Source: an uncultured Nitrospinota bacterium
Lineage (GTDB): Bacteria; Tectomicrobia; Entotheonellia; J063; CAVPRW01
Direction: 5' to 3'
Assembly (NCBI GenBank): GCA_963707985.1
Contig: CAVPRW010000002.1
Span: 132,675 to 196,674, forward strand
DNA: 64,000 bases
The notes beneath the pieces were generated by a model. The model worked only from the letters and a program-made list of their open reading frames with translations. It was not told where the DNA came from and did not search any database. The position numbers were made by a program, and so were the translations under genes. Of the stretch, positions 41,060-53,475 are shown one piece after another. The first letter of the stretch is position 1; each line of letters opens with the position of its first letter.

Positions 41060-42130
41060 TCAGCTTCGGGAGGCCTCGCTGAGCGCGCGCTGCACAACCT
41101 CCCGCACCATTTCCAAGGTAAACGGCTTACTGAGGCAGGGCACACCGGTTTGTGCCAGGAATTGTGAGGTTTCCGGGCTCATGATATCACCGGTCAAGAA
41201 GATGAACCGAGCTAACAGGTCAGGATGGCGACGCTCGACCTCACGATACAGCGCGGGGCCGTCAAGGTCTGGCATGCGAATATCACTCAGAATCAGGTCG
41301 TAGCGTTCCACCCTCAACTTCGCTAATGCCGCCCCCCCATTGCCCACCATCTCTACCACATGTCCATCCAACTGAAACACTTCGGCCAACACCTCGGCGA
41401 TCCCCGGCTCGTCATCCACTACCAGTATCCGTGCCCCCCGCACCAACGATTTCACCGACACCGACGACCGTTCCAATGAGCCTTGTCGGATCAACGCTAG
41501 AAAATCCTTCATGATCCGCGCACACTTCTCTGCTGCCCGCATGATCTTCTCCGCCTGCTCCCCGCTGGTGGTGTCCGCCAGAGTCTGGGACAGCAGCGCC
41601 GCGTGGCCGAGGATGATGGACAGCGGGTTGTTGAGCTGATGAGCGATATCTGCTAGCAACTCCTCCATCGTTGCCCCCTTCTCACGCGGCGAAGTTGCAT
41701 CGCTCACCGTTCGGTTCGGCTCTGTTGCAGCCTGCACCGCACGGCGGTGGCGTGCCGTCTCCAACGCCGAGTGCACGGCACCGGGCAAGTGAGCAACGTG
41801 CTGGGCCGATTTCAACACATAATCATCGATCCCGGCCTTCATAGCTGCCACAGCGATTTCCGCGCTACCCATGCCAGTGAGCATGATGACTGGACAGATA
41901 GGGTCGACCTTCTTGACCTCGCGCAGAACCCCTAAACCGGTTGTCCAGTGCATCTCATAGTCGGTGATGACCAGATCACATGTCCCCTCGGCCAGCGCCT
42001 TGGCGAAGCTGGCGTTATCACTGATCTCCACCACCTCCAGGGCGGGGCATTCCCGACGGAGTTCGCGGATCACGAGCGCCCGATCGTCCGGATTATCGTC
42101 AACCAAAACGAGGTGCAGCGTATCGATCAT
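41060..42130 (-). CDS. REC-HisKA-REC signalling protein lacking HATPase
   Basis: LVDDNPDD..ITDY; IAHQLNNPL H-box; ILVVDDEP..SDIRMP..KPF. Confidence 0.85.
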   Translation of the reverse strand: MIDTLHLVLVDDNPDDRALVIRELRRECPALEVVEISDNASFAKALAEGTCDLVITDYEMHWTTGLGVLREVKKVDPICPVIMLTGMGSAEIAVAAMKAGIDDYVLKSAQHVAHLPGAVHSALETARHRRAVQAATEPNRTVSDATSPREKGATMEELLADIAHQLNNPLSIILGHAALLSQTLADTTSGEQAEKIMRAAEKCARIMKDFLALIRQGSLERSSVSVKSLVRGARILVVDDEPGIAEVLAEVFQLDGHVVEMVGNGGAALAKLRVERYDLILSDIRMPDLDGPALYREVERRHPDLLARFIFLTGDIMSPETSQFLAQTGVPCLSKPFTLEMVREVVQRALSEASRS

Positions 42131-42185
42131 AACCGGCCTCCAGAATGCATTCCCTGTTGGGCTTCAGAGGCCTCACAGGGGGTGC

Positions 42186-42445
42186 TTATGCCTTGCCATT
42201 GGGCTTTAACACTTCTGTGCAGCCATGATTGTCAGCATTAGGGTGCTGTTCACAGCCCTCACGTTCCTGTGCCTGCAGAACCCGTTGCACGATTTCACGA
42301 ACACCACTCAACGTATATGGCTTGCTGAGACATGGTGCGCCCGTGTTCTCCAGAAACTCCCGTGTGCCGCGACTGAGCGTATCGGCGCTGAGGAAAATCA
42401 TGCGCCGCAGAAGTTGCGGGTCGCGGCGTTCGATCTCCCGGTATA
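42186..42445 (-). pseudogene. Receiver-domain C-terminal fragment
   Basis: YREIERRDPQLLRRMIFLSADTLS..FL..TGAPCLSKPY, paralogous to the C-terminus of 41060-42130; no N-terminal half. Confidence 0.7.
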
Positions 42446-43046
42446 AGCTTGGGGTACTATATGCATACCATTATAATTGCCGATATATATCAATTTAGAT
42501 TAATATTATATATTTTCATGGAAGTCTAGAGAATTCCGCGTAACACTGTCAAGGCTCGACATACCTCCTTTTTCCCTGTGAGTTCCCGTCTCGAGGTAGG
42601 CGCCAGGAACCGCACACCAGCCCAACAGGGTGGCCGCGCAGACATCTACGCTGAACACCGAAAGCAGTCGCGCTACCGGTACACCCATGCCCCATACGAA
42701 TGCCTACGGGGGCACCATGGGCCGACGTGAGACGGCAAATCAGCCAGACGGATACTGCTTCCCCAGGCAAATGCTGCCTCCTCAGGCCTCCACTCGAAGT
42801 GGCTGATTCCTGCCCCTTCTCCCTCACTTTCGACGATCGCATCAGGATTTGCATGACCGCTGGGGCCCTGGGCAAGGAGCTGGCATTCCCCTTGCGTTAG
42901 ACCGTTGTGTCCTCAAGGCACCACCAGCTGCATGTGGCTGGGCCACAGCACGTGGGGGCTCTGGTCGTCCTCCCAAGAAGGACCTCCACGAACTATTGCC
43001 GTGAACAAATCAAGCGATTGGAGAGCAAAAGAAAGTGTGTTTGACT

Positions 43047-44508
43047 ATGGACGCCAGCCTCTTACAACGGTTCGCAAAACTTATCACAGCACAGACGGGC
43101 TTGCAGATTCGTGCGGAAGATACGGGCAAGTTGCGTCACACGATCCGATTGCGGATGACGGCACAGCAACTCAACAACCCCGAGGCGTATTATCAGCTGC
43201 TGGCCAGTGATACCACCGCCAGCCGAGGTGAGTGGGAAGAACTGCTTCTACCGCTGACGATCGGCGAAAGCTATTTCTTCCGCGATAGCGGTCAGTTCTC
43301 GTTGCTTCGGCAGCGGCTCATCCCAGAATTGATCGAGCGTAATAGCGCTATACGTTCGCTTCGCATCTGGAGTGCAGGATGCTCGACCGGTGAGGAGCCA
43401 TACTCATTGGCGATTCTCGTGTATGAGCTGCTCCCTGCTCAGAGCCATTGGCATATTGTCATTGTTGGGACGGATGTGAATAAGCACGCTATTGCCGCCG
43501 CCCGCCGAGGTATCTACCGGGAACACTCGCTGCGCACGCTTGATCCGGATCTCAGGAGGCGCTATTTTCATCAACACCGGGGTGATTGGGAACTCGACGC
43601 CCGGTTTCGCTCGATGGTGTCCTTTCGCCAGGTCAACTTACTGGGGGACCCATTCCCAGATTCGACAGGGAATCTCTTTGAGATGGATCTGATTCTCTGT
43701 CGAAATGTGTTAATTTATTTTGATCGCACCACGATAGCACCCGTGATTACGAAGTTTACGAATACCCTCAAAGTGGGTGGTTATCTGGTCACTGGACACG
43801 CCGAGTTGCACGACCAGAAGCCCAGCGGACTCGCCGTGCAAACCTTTCCAGAGTCTATCGTCTACTGCCGGGATCAGGTCCCTATCGGAGCTTCCCAGAC
43901 GAAACCATTGCAGGATCGAACCAGAGGTGCAACGTCGATACTGCCACCCTCGATGCTCCACGCGCAGTGCAGTCCCATCCAGCCCCCTTCGGCCGATCTG
44001 CCACGCGCCGCAGCGTTTGCCTCTGCTCGGGGTTCCCGGACAACGACACTCTGTACCCCCGATGAAGCTTCTGAAGGGTCAGCTGACTCCCGTCGACCAT
44101 CTCTACCGTCAAGCCTGCAGAGACGCTGATGCTGGAGACTATGAGGCAGCGATTCGAGCCTGTCAGCTGGCGCTCATGGGAGATGCGTTTGCCGAAAAGC
44201 CCTACCACTTGCTGGCCCAAATCGCTGAAATGCAGGGTAACCTCACCGGAGCCAAGGAATACTTGAAAAAGATGCTTTACGTCGCACCTACATCAGTGGT
44301 TGCCCACCTGGATCTGGCAGCTCTGTATGCGAAGGAGCATGATCGAACGAGGGCATGCAAAATGTACATGCGTGCCATAAAGTTGCTGCAAGCCTTGCCC
44401 CCGAATGCGATCATCGAACCATTTTTCGACCTGCCTGCGTCCAAACTTCTCCCCGAGGTACAGCGCCGCCTAAAGCAACTCGGCGCTCCATCATACACAC
44501 TTGCTTGA
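43047..44508 (+). CDS. cheR: CheR methyltransferase with C-terminal TPR, frameshift in linker (~43900-44080)
   Basis: TIGESYFFRD, IWSAGCSTGEEPYS, CRNVLIYF; TPR YHLLAQIAE.QG in the next frame. Confidence 0.9.
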
Positions 44509-44758
44509 AACACCTGGAACACGGCCGAGCCCTCAACCACGCACCCGATAGTAGACTACCAAGATATTTTTGATCATTATTAAATAAAATAATACTTCAT
44601 AGATTATAAAATATGTATACTATGCCCGACTAGTGTTTGCCGGGAACACGTCTATCCATATGCGAGAGTCTCTCCCCCGATGCGGATGAAAGCTCCGTTA
44701 CCAGGGCTACGAGCGAGGTCGTGTAGACCTCCTGCCGCAGGGGCCATTCGACAAGGGG

Positions 44759-45853
44759 ATGTCGATGCAGACGGCGTATCTGACGTTTCTCCTGCAGGGT
44801 GGGTGGTATGCTGCGGAGGCCTCGTGTGTGCGGGAAATTCTCCGGTTGCCAGGTCTCACCTCTGTTTCCGAAGCTCCCCCTTACATCATTGGTGTGATGA
44901 ATTATCGCCGGCACATCGTACCGGTGATGGATTTGGCCATCCGCCTTGGTCAGTCTCCATGGTCGTATCGAATCCAAGATTATGTCATTGTCCTCCAACA
45001 TGAAAATGTGCTTCTGGGCATCATCGTCAACGAGGTCCAGGGTGTCCAGGATATTCCCCTCGATAGTCTCAAGACACACATGGCTTTGGCGGAGTCCCAC
45101 GCAGGTGGCTATCGATTCGTTCAGCACATAGCTCTGCTAGATGCCACCGCAATCATGGTTCTAGACCATGCTCTGTTGCTCAACACCGCAACGGAGTTCC
45201 GAGCGGACCGCCAGCCGACCACTGCAGGAGGTCCCGCCACCCCATGGCCACCAAGCACAGAGCCTCTCCTGATTCGTGACAGCACACCCGTCAATCCGTT
45301 CAACACGATGCCCTTGGTCTTCCAGCAGGCGACGCCGGCAGAACTGGAGATCTTGCTCGACCGCGCGCGGCATTTGACGAGTAGCCTGGAAGAGGGATCA
45401 GCCACAGAACGCATCGCACTCGCGATCGTGGGTCTGAGCGGCGAATATTTCGGCGTCGAGCTCAAGGCCGTATGTGAATTCACCAATCTGCAGCGCCTCA
45501 CACCTGTGCCATGTTGCCCGAGCTATATCGTCGGCGACATGAATCTCCGCGGGGAGATCTTAACGGTAGTGGATATCCGCCACGCCCTACAGATGCCTGT
45601 GATCGAGGCCACGCCGACCGCAAAGGTGATGATCGTACCGCTCGGCGATGCCTTAGTGGGGGTTCTCATCGATCAAATCTTTGACGTTTTCGATCTTGAT
45701 CCGTCTATCCTAACCGCCCTACCAAGCGCCATCAAGTCGATCAACGAGACGTATCTGAAGGGAGCGGTCTCCTGTTACGGGAAAATGGTGGCGATTCTGG
45801 ATCTGCAGAATATCTTGACCAGCGGCAGCTTGACCGTCAATGAGGAGATATAA
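44759..45853 (+). CDS. cheW: Tandem CheW-domain protein
   Basis: Two CheW repeats: VREIL..P..GVMNYR and VCEF..VP..GDMNLRGEIL. Confidence 0.9.
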   Translation: MSMQTAYLTFLLQGGWYAAEASCVREILRLPGLTSVSEAPPYIIGVMNYRRHIVPVMDLAIRLGQSPWSYRIQDYVIVLQHENVLLGIIVNEVQGVQDIPLDSLKTHMALAESHAGGYRFVQHIALLDATAIMVLDHALLLNTATEFRADRQPTTAGGPATPWPPSTEPLLIRDSTPVNPFNTMPLVFQQATPAELEILLDRARHLTSSLEEGSATERIALAIVGLSGEYFGVELKAVCEFTNLQRLTPVPCCPSYIVGDMNLRGEILTVVDIRHALQMPVIEATPTAKVMIVPLGDALVGVLIDQIFDVFDLDPSILTALPSAIKSINETYLKGAVSCYGKMVAILDLQNILTSGSLTVNEEI

Positions 45854-45904
45854 AGCCTGTGATGCGCGAATCAACGCACGATATCTCATCCAGGAGAGCA
45901 TCGT

Positions 45905-47383
45905 ATGTTAGGGAAATTTGGGTTACGAACGAAATTATTGGGAGCCTTCATCCTACTAGGAATTATTGTGACGGTCATTGCCTATAGCGCCTGGCATAAC
46001 ACTTCAGGTCTTATCGACGATGTCAGCATTATTGACAATAATTACGAAAAACTGCTTGATTTATGGAAGATCAACGATGGTCTGCTCAGATCCTCTACGG
46101 CAGAGCGCCTGTTACTAAATCCACGCCTGACCCGAGACCAGCGGCAGCAGGAATGGGCGAGCATGCATAATGGGTTAGCCGCGATAGAAGAAGCGTTCCG
46201 TCGTTATGAAGTCGCGGCTCATAGTACCGAGGAGGATAAATTATCTAAGCAATTCGCTCGCGATCTAAAGGCGTGGAAGCAGCACATTGAGGGATTTATC
46301 CGTACCCATCGGGATTCCGAGAATCTCTCGTCCTTGGTCGACGAACTCGGGGTACAGGTGCTTAGCCAGAAGAATGCCCTGTTAGACAGCTTAGAGCAAT
46401 CGATGCTGGCAATCATGGAGTTGGACCATGGACTCGCAGCAAAGTCGCAACTTGATGCAGAGCAGAAAGTCAAACAGACGACTTATTGGAGCTTGGCGGC
46501 GATGATTCTGGGGCCACTAGTGGCCATTAGCCTAGGCATCCTACTGAGTATTTCGCTTAGCAAGCCTATCAACAGTGCTGTGAACTCGATCGCCAGTACG
46601 TCCGCCGAGATGGCCGCGATGGTGGAACAATACGAGCGTGTCACCTCGCAGCAGGCAGCGGCAGTCAACGAGACGACGGCGACGATGGATGAGTTAGAGG
46701 CCTCTTTCCGGCAATCGGCAGAGCAGGCTGAGGTGGCCGCCACGAGAGCGCGACAGGCGCTGGACTTGACCGGAGAGGGCACCAGTGCCGTGCACCAAAC
46801 GTTGGAGGGCATGTCCGGCTTGAAATCAAAAGTTGAGGCGATCGCCGAACAGATTCTCCGCTTGAGTGAGCAAACCAGTCAAATCGGCAACATCACGAAT
46901 CTGGTCAGCGAATTGGCGAACCAGACCAATCTTCTGGCATTAAATGCGGCAGTGGAGGCCGCACGGGCTGGAGAACACGGCAAAGGCTTTGCCGTGGTGG
47001 CAGCCGAGATCCGTAAGCTCGCCGACCAGAGCAAAAAGTCAGCCGAACGGATCAACACCCTGGTCCTCGACATTCAGAATGCTACGAACGCCACAGTCAT
47101 GGCGACCGAGGAGGGGACAAAGACGGTAGAAGTGGGGACCCGCCTGACCCACAGAACCGCAGAGGTCTTCGATGGTCTGGCCGAGTCCATTACCAATGTT
47201 TCCGAAAGCTCTCAGCAAACCTTGTTGAATGTGAAACAGCAGGTGGCTGCCGTTCGACAAGTCGTGGAAGCGATGGATGCGATCAATAACGGCTCGAAGG
47301 AGACCGCCAGTGGTATTCTCCAAACACGCATCGGGGTACAGCAACTGAACGATGCAGCACAAAACTTACAGATCATTGTGTAA
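45905..47383 (+). CDS. Methyl-accepting chemotaxis protein (four-helix-bundle sensor)
   Basis: Two TM helices; [27 protein letters not shown]. Confidence 0.95.
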   Translation: MLGKFGLRTKLLGAFILLGIIVTVIAYSAWHNTSGLIDDVSIIDNNYEKLLDLWKINDGLLRSSTAERLLLNPRLTRDQRQQEWASMHNGLAAIEEAFRRYEVAAHSTEEDKLSKQFARDLKAWKQHIEGFIRTHRDSENLSSLVDELGVQVLSQKNALLDSLEQSMLAIMELDHGLAAKSQLDAEQKVKQTTYWSLAAMILGPLVAISLGILLSISLSKPINSAVNSIASTSAEMAAMVEQYERVTSQQAAAVNETTATMDELEASFRQSAEQAEVAATRARQALDLTGEGTSAVHQTLEGMSGLKSKVEAIAEQILRLSEQTSQIGNITNLVSELANQTNLLALNAAVEAARAGEHGKGFAVVAAEIRKLADQSKKSAERINTLVLDIQNATNATVMATEEGTKTVEVGTRLTHRTAEVFDGLAESITNVSESSQQTLLNVKQQVAAVRQVVEAMDAINNGSKETASGILQTRIGVQQLNDAAQNLQIIV

Positions 47384-47393
47384 AGGAAGACAC

Positions 47394-49662
47394 ATGATCG
47401 AGGATCTTGAGCTCCGTTCCCTATTCAAAACCGAAAGCGAAGAACACCTGCGGCTTCTGGAGGAAGGGCTGCTACATTTGGAGAGCCATCCGACCGATGG
47501 TAAGACGTTGGAAGAGGTGTTTCGGGGAGCCCACAGCCTCAAGGGTGGCGCAGCCATGCTGGGCTTGCGCAACATTGAGCAGCTTGCCCATGGGTTTGAG
47601 GATGTGCTAAATGCTGCACGGCAAGGCAAAGTCACCCTCATGTCTGAGGAGATCGATCGGCTCTGCAAACAACTAGACACCATGCGCATGTTTGTGGCAG
47701 AGGCAGTCTCCGACCGTTCCGACGAGGCAGCCATGGGCACAGCCCTCATGCCGATTGATGAGGGCTCGACGATGTCTCCTGTACGCCCAGTCCCAGAGCT
47801 CGTGCCTGATAATCGGCTGGCGATGGCGAGCAACCTCCCGGGGAGCGATGTGGTGCAAACTCCGAGTGTGTCGCTCGACGCCTCATCCGGACGCTACCGC
47901 ATTGAGACGATGCGTGTGGAACCTCAGAAATTAGATGCCTTGATGAAGCAGGCGAGTGAGCTAACTGTGGCGAAGATCCGTGTCGCACGACGCCTGACGC
48001 AGATCGAGGACCTCGTGACACTTTGCGAGGAGTGGAGTCGGGAAATATTTGCCACCCATCGTGCCACACACACCCGCCGGAACGGCAGCGGGCCGTACGC
48101 TGGCAGGCATCATACTGCGGAATTTCTCCAGCGTGATCGCGAGCGCATCGAACGCCTTGGGACACTGGTCAATGACTTGCGCAATGTCGCCTACGAGGAC
48201 AGCGCCAGGCTTGATGCGGTGGTGACCACCTTAGAAGAGGGCATCAGGAACATTCGCCTGCTGCCGTTAGCGACGATCTTTCAGCTATTTGTACGGATGG
48301 TGCGTGATCTGGCCCGGGACCAGGCGAAAGAGGTGCAACTGATCATCGAGGGCGGGGAGACCACCGCCGACAAGCGTATTCTGGAGGAAATGAAGGACCC
48401 ATTGATGCACATGATCCGTAACGCCATTGATCACGGTCTTGAACCCCCGGAAGAGCGGCAACGCTGTGGTAAAGCCCGCCTCGGAACCATCCGCTTGCGA
48501 GCCTATCTCACCTCTTCAAACCTTGTCGTCGAGGTTGCCGATGACGGGCGGGGTCTCGACCTTGAGCGTATCAAGGCTATGGCCTTGAAGCGACGCCTGC
48601 GACGTGCTGAAGAGCTCGACGCCATGACCCCGGCGCAGATTCAGGCACTGATTTTCGCACCCGGATTTTCTACCAGCCCACTCGTCACCGATATTTCCGG
48701 GAGAGGGGTAGGCCTCGATGTAGTGTACGCGAACGTCGAGCGCCTCAAGGGGGATATTCAAGTCGAGTCCGTGATCGGCCATGGATGCACGCTACGCATC
48801 TGTCTTCCGAGATCGCTGGCCACTACACGCGTGCTCATTGTCATGGTGGACCGCATACCCTATGCGGTGCCCATCGAGTCTGTACATATGACACGGCTGG
48901 TGGCTCAGCAAGAGATTTTCCCCATCGAGGGTATGGAAACCATCGTGGTCGATGGGAAACCCCTCTCCGTAGCTCATCTGTCCGCGCTGCTGGGTATACC
49001 ATCCCGCGCCGAGGGAAAGGGGACAGTACCCTCGGATCCAGACAAGCCGCGGTCGTGCATCATTCTGGCCGTAGGTGGAGATCACATCGGCCTCTTCGTG
49101 GACACGTTGCTCGACGAACAGGAGGTTGTGGTGAAACCGCATTCGGCGCCTCTGAAGCGGGTTCGCAATGTCTCTGGTGCGACGATCCTTGGCACCGGGG
49201 AGGTGTGCATAGTGCTCAACCCCCTGGACTTGCTGCACTCCGTCCGCAAGCACCCGGCTCACATGCTGTGGGACATCTTCGGAGCCCAAGCCACAGCCGA
49301 AGTACACCATCCTGCTGGTCGAGGACTCGATTACCACACGCACCCAGGAAAAGCGTGTGCTGGAGAGCGCTGGTTACGAAGTGGTGGTCGCCGTCAACGG
49401 CGTTGATGCCCTGCAAAAGCTCAGCAGCCGTGCGTTCGATGCGGTGGTATCAGATGTGGAAATGCCCTATATGGACGGCCTGACGCTCGCGGAGCGGATT
49501 CGGCATGAGCCTACGTACAACGAACTTCCCATCATTCTTGTCACCTCGTTGGCATCAGAGGAGGATAAACGACGTGGGCTCGAAGTAGGAGCCAATGCCT
49601 ACATCGCCAAACCTACGTTTGATCAGGGATTGCTCCTGGATACCCTGAGGAGGCTTATCTAG
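47394..49662 (+). CDS. cheA: CheA-REC hybrid kinase, frameshift near 49290
   Basis: FRGAHSLKG, HMIRNAIDHG, SGRGVGLDVV, CheW domain; ILLVEDS..SDVEMP receiver in a shifted frame. Confidence 0.93.
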
Positions 49663-49666
49663 AGTG

Positions 49667-50728
49667 ATGTCGGCTTCTGTGAGCGTCCTATTAGTCGATG
49701 ATTCGCTGATCGCCCTGACCATCCTGACACGGATGATCTCCACCTCACCCGACATTCAGGTGGTGGGCAAAGCTCGCAACGGACGTGAAGCGTTGGAGCT
49801 CATTCCGCAGCTGCAACCGGCGGTGGTCTGTACGGACCTGCATATGCCCGACATGGACGGGCTGCAACTGACGAGAGAGATTATGGAGCGTTTTCCCCGC
49901 CCCATCCTTGTGGTGAGCGCCGCGGTGCATCCTGAGGACGCCCACAATGTCTTTAAGCTATTGGAGGCGGGTGCCATCGATATACTCCCCAAACCTCGCG
50001 GTGGATTGGCGGCTGATGAACAGCGTGTCAGCCAGGAATTGATCCGCAAAATTCGGATCATCGCTGGGGTCAAGGCGCTCACGCGCCGCCGAAAGATCGT
50101 GCCTGCCCAGGCATCGCTTCAGCTAGACACGTCGTCTGCACCCGTGCCACCCCGGCCACACATCGTTGCTATCGGCGCGTCAACCGGTGGTCCGCAGGCA
50201 CTACGCACGATTCTCGCACAACTGCCGATCGATTTTCCGGCACCAATCCTTTGTGTCCAACATATTAGCGAGGGTTTTTTAGGAGGGTTAGTCGAGTGGT
50301 TGGCAAACCAGTGCGCGATGCCCGTGAAAATTGCCCAATCTGGGGAGCAGCCGCTGCCCGGGACCGTCTATTTTCCGCAAGAAGGCACGCATCTGGAGAT
50401 CGACAAGAGTGGTAGACTCGTGTGCTCCCACACGGCACCAGTCGATGGCCATCGCCCGGCGGTCACTGCCACCTTCAAGTCGGTGGCAGATTACTGTGGC
50501 GAGGCGGCGATTGGTATCCTGCTGACCGGCATGGGAAGCGATGGGGCGCACGGTATGCAGGAGATTTTTGAGGCTGGGGGGATCACCATCGCCCAGAATG
50601 AAGAGACCAGTGTGGTGTTTGGCATGCCCAAGCAGGCGATTGCACTAGGAGCCGTCAAGTACGTTTTACCTGTGCATAAGATCGCCTTCATGCTGCCAGA
50701 CTTCCTGGTTGCCAGCCAACGGGGATAA
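49667..50728 (+). CDS. cheB: CheB methylesterase
   Basis: REC domain plus IGASTGGP, VQHI, LTGMGSDG, VFGMP. Confidence 0.95.
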   Translation: MSASVSVLLVDDSLIALTILTRMISTSPDIQVVGKARNGREALELIPQLQPAVVCTDLHMPDMDGLQLTREIMERFPRPILVVSAAVHPEDAHNVFKLLEAGAIDILPKPRGGLAADEQRVSQELIRKIRIIAGVKALTRRRKIVPAQASLQLDTSSAPVPPRPHIVAIGASTGGPQALRTILAQLPIDFPAPILCVQHISEGFLGGLVEWLANQCAMPVKIAQSGEQPLPGTVYFPQEGTHLEIDKSGRLVCSHTAPVDGHRPAVTATFKSVADYCGEAAIGILLTGMGSDGAHGMQEIFEAGGITIAQNEETSVVFGMPKQAIALGAVKYVLPVHKIAFMLPDFLVASQRG

Positions 50729-50732
50729 ACAC

Positions 50733-53308
50733 ATGACCACCGACACGATGGCTCCTTCGGGACACCCGTCCAAATCGACCATCGAGATTCTGATCGTTGA
50801 GGATAGCGCCATCCAGGCGGAGCTCCTGCGCCGCACGTTGACACATCATGGCTACACTGTCGTCATCGCTCGGCATGGCGCCCACGCCCTAGAGATCGTT
50901 CGTAAACGACCACCGACATTGATTCTGAGCGACATTGCCATGCCGGTGATGGATGGCTACGCCATGTGCCATGCCATGAAGAGCGATCCGGCCTTGCAGG
51001 GCATCCCGATTATCCTGCTTACCGCCCTCTCAGACCCTGAAGACATCATTCGCGGCCTGAACGCGAAGGCCGACAATTACCTCACGAAACCCTACGACGA
51101 GGTGACACTGCTGGCCCGCGTCGAACATCTGCTGGCGAATCAGATTCTCCGCAAGGAGGCCACGTTTCAGCTTGGAGTGGAGATTTTCTTTGCAGGCAAG
51201 AAGCATGTGATCGATTCGGATCGACGCCAGATTCTGGACCTCTTGATCTCGACCTTTGAGGATGCGGTCCAACAAAATCGCGAGCTCATACAGCGAACCC
51301 AGGCATTGCAGACGTCTGAAGACAGCTATCGCGCCCTGCTGGAGAATACATTCAGCGGGTTTTATCGCGCCACAGAGGACGGCCACTTCTTGGAAGTGAA
51401 TCCTGCCTATGTGAAGATGCTTGGTTACGCTAGGAAGGAAGATCTGTTGGCCGTGGAGATTCCGACCACGCTGTATACCTCACAGGCCGATTACGAGGCA
51501 TTTCGCTCATGCTTGCTAGCCGCAGAGGCGGTCCAGGAGTATACCGGGCGCTTACGCAAGCAGGATGGCAGTGACATCATCGTCGAGATGAATGTCCGAG
51601 TGGTGAGGGACCCCGAGGGAGCAGTACGCTATTTCGAGGGGTTTGTGAACGACGTCACCGAGCGCAAACGGGTAGAACTGGCCTTGCAGCAGGCCAAGGA
51701 CGCCGCCGAGGCAGCCAATCAAGCCAAGAGCCAGTTTCTGGCCAACATGAGCCATGACATCCGCACCCCGATGAATGGCATTATCGGGATGACCGGCCTG
51801 GTCTTGGACTCGAACCTGACTGACGAGCAACGGGAGTATTTGACTGTGGTCAAGGCATCCGCGGACTCGTTGTTGCGGCTGCTCGATGACATCCTCGATT
51901 TCGCCAAAATTGAAGCCCGAAAACTGGACCTCGAACCCCTGGAGTTTAGGCTGCGCGAAACTCTAGACAATACCCTGAAAACTTTGGCTGTGCGGGCCCA
52001 CACCAAGGGGCTGGAATTGGCCGGTCATGTTGCACCGGGTGTGCCAGACAGGCTGATCGGCGACTCGGCACGGCTGCGCCAGATTCTGGTCAATCTCCTG
52101 GGTAACGCCATTAAATTCACCGAACTGGGCGAGGTGATCGTCGAGGTCGAAGAAGCCGAGCCCAGCGGAGCACTGACCTCCGGCTCGCCAAACGACTCTG
52201 TGCGCCTACACTTCTCAGTCCGGGATACTGGGATGGGGATTCCTCTCGAAAAACAGGATTCCATCTTCGCACCCTTTGTGCAAGCCGACAACTCCACGAC
52301 CCGCCATTACGGCGGTACAGGGCTCGGATTAGCCATCTCCGCCCAATTGGTCACCCTGATGGGAGGACGAATCTGGGTCGACAGTCAGCCCGAGCAGGGG
52401 AGCACCTTTCATTTTACCGTGGAGTTCAATCGACACAGCGACCAAACCCCAGACGTCATCCCACCAGAACTGAGCCAGTTACAGAACATCCCTGTGTTGA
52501 TCGTCGATGATAACGCCACGACTCGCCGTATCCTGGTGGAAATACTAACGCAGTGGCAATGGCGCCCAGTTGCCGTTGCCAGCGCCCAAGCCGCCATCGA
52601 AGCCTTAGTGGACGCCCAGCATGCCGGAGAGGCATTTGGGTTGACGCTGATCGATGCCCAGATGCCCGAGATGGATGGTTTCGCCTTGATTGAGTGGCTG
52701 GCAGAGCACGCATTACCGACCGGGATCATGGTGATGATGGTCACCCCGGCGAACCAACATGGCCATACCTCCCGCTACCGTGAGTTGGGAGTCGCCGCTT
52801 CTGTGACTAAGCCGGTTTCCCCATCTGCGCTCCTGGCGGCCGTCAATACCGCCTTTGACAACCGAGCGACATCCCATGCAGGGGAGGAACCGGCGGTGCA
52901 ATCCCCTGCGGGCAAGCATCAACACCGCTGCGTATCCTCGTCGCCGAGGATAACATGGTCAACCAAAAACTCACGACGCGCTTATTAGAAAAGCGTGGAC
53001 ATACCGTGGTGGTGGTCAAAACCGGGAAAGAAGCGGTTGCCGTCTGGAAACGTCAGCCCTTTGACGTCATTCTCATGGATGTCCAGATGCCAGAGATGGA
53101 TGGCTTCGAAGCCACCTCCATCATCCGGGAAGCAGAGCGTATCACCGGTGGCCACACCCCCATCATCGCCCTCACCGCCCATGCCATGGCAGGAGACCGC
53201 CAGCGCTGTTTAACGGCTGGTATGGACGGATATATCTCGAAGCCGATCCAGGTAGAAACCGTTTTTGAGGTCATTGCCAGTGTCTGTGCCGCAAACCACT
53301 TGGCATGA
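50733..53308 (+). CDS. Hybrid histidine kinase REC-PAS-HisKA-HATPase-REC-REC, frameshift near 52920
   Basis: ILIVEDS; PAS; FLANMSHDIRTPMNG; NAIKFT; GGTGLGL; two receivers. Confidence 0.92.
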
Positions 53309-53475
53309 TCTCGCTGCTGCTCGGATCCCGCAGCAGTATTAGCCCAGCACGGCGTCTCTGCGGTACGGATGGCGACCGGTCCGCCCTTCATTGACACCGG
53401 AGGACCGAGGCCAGACGGCCTTGACGCTTTCGCGGTGAATCTCGCGTCTCGACCCTCTACCCTCCAGCCTCTGCG

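Noticed and set aside
42540..43040. c-di-GMP riboswitch upstream of cheR
   Set aside because: GGCAAA is present but the GNRA/receptor two-stem architecture is not
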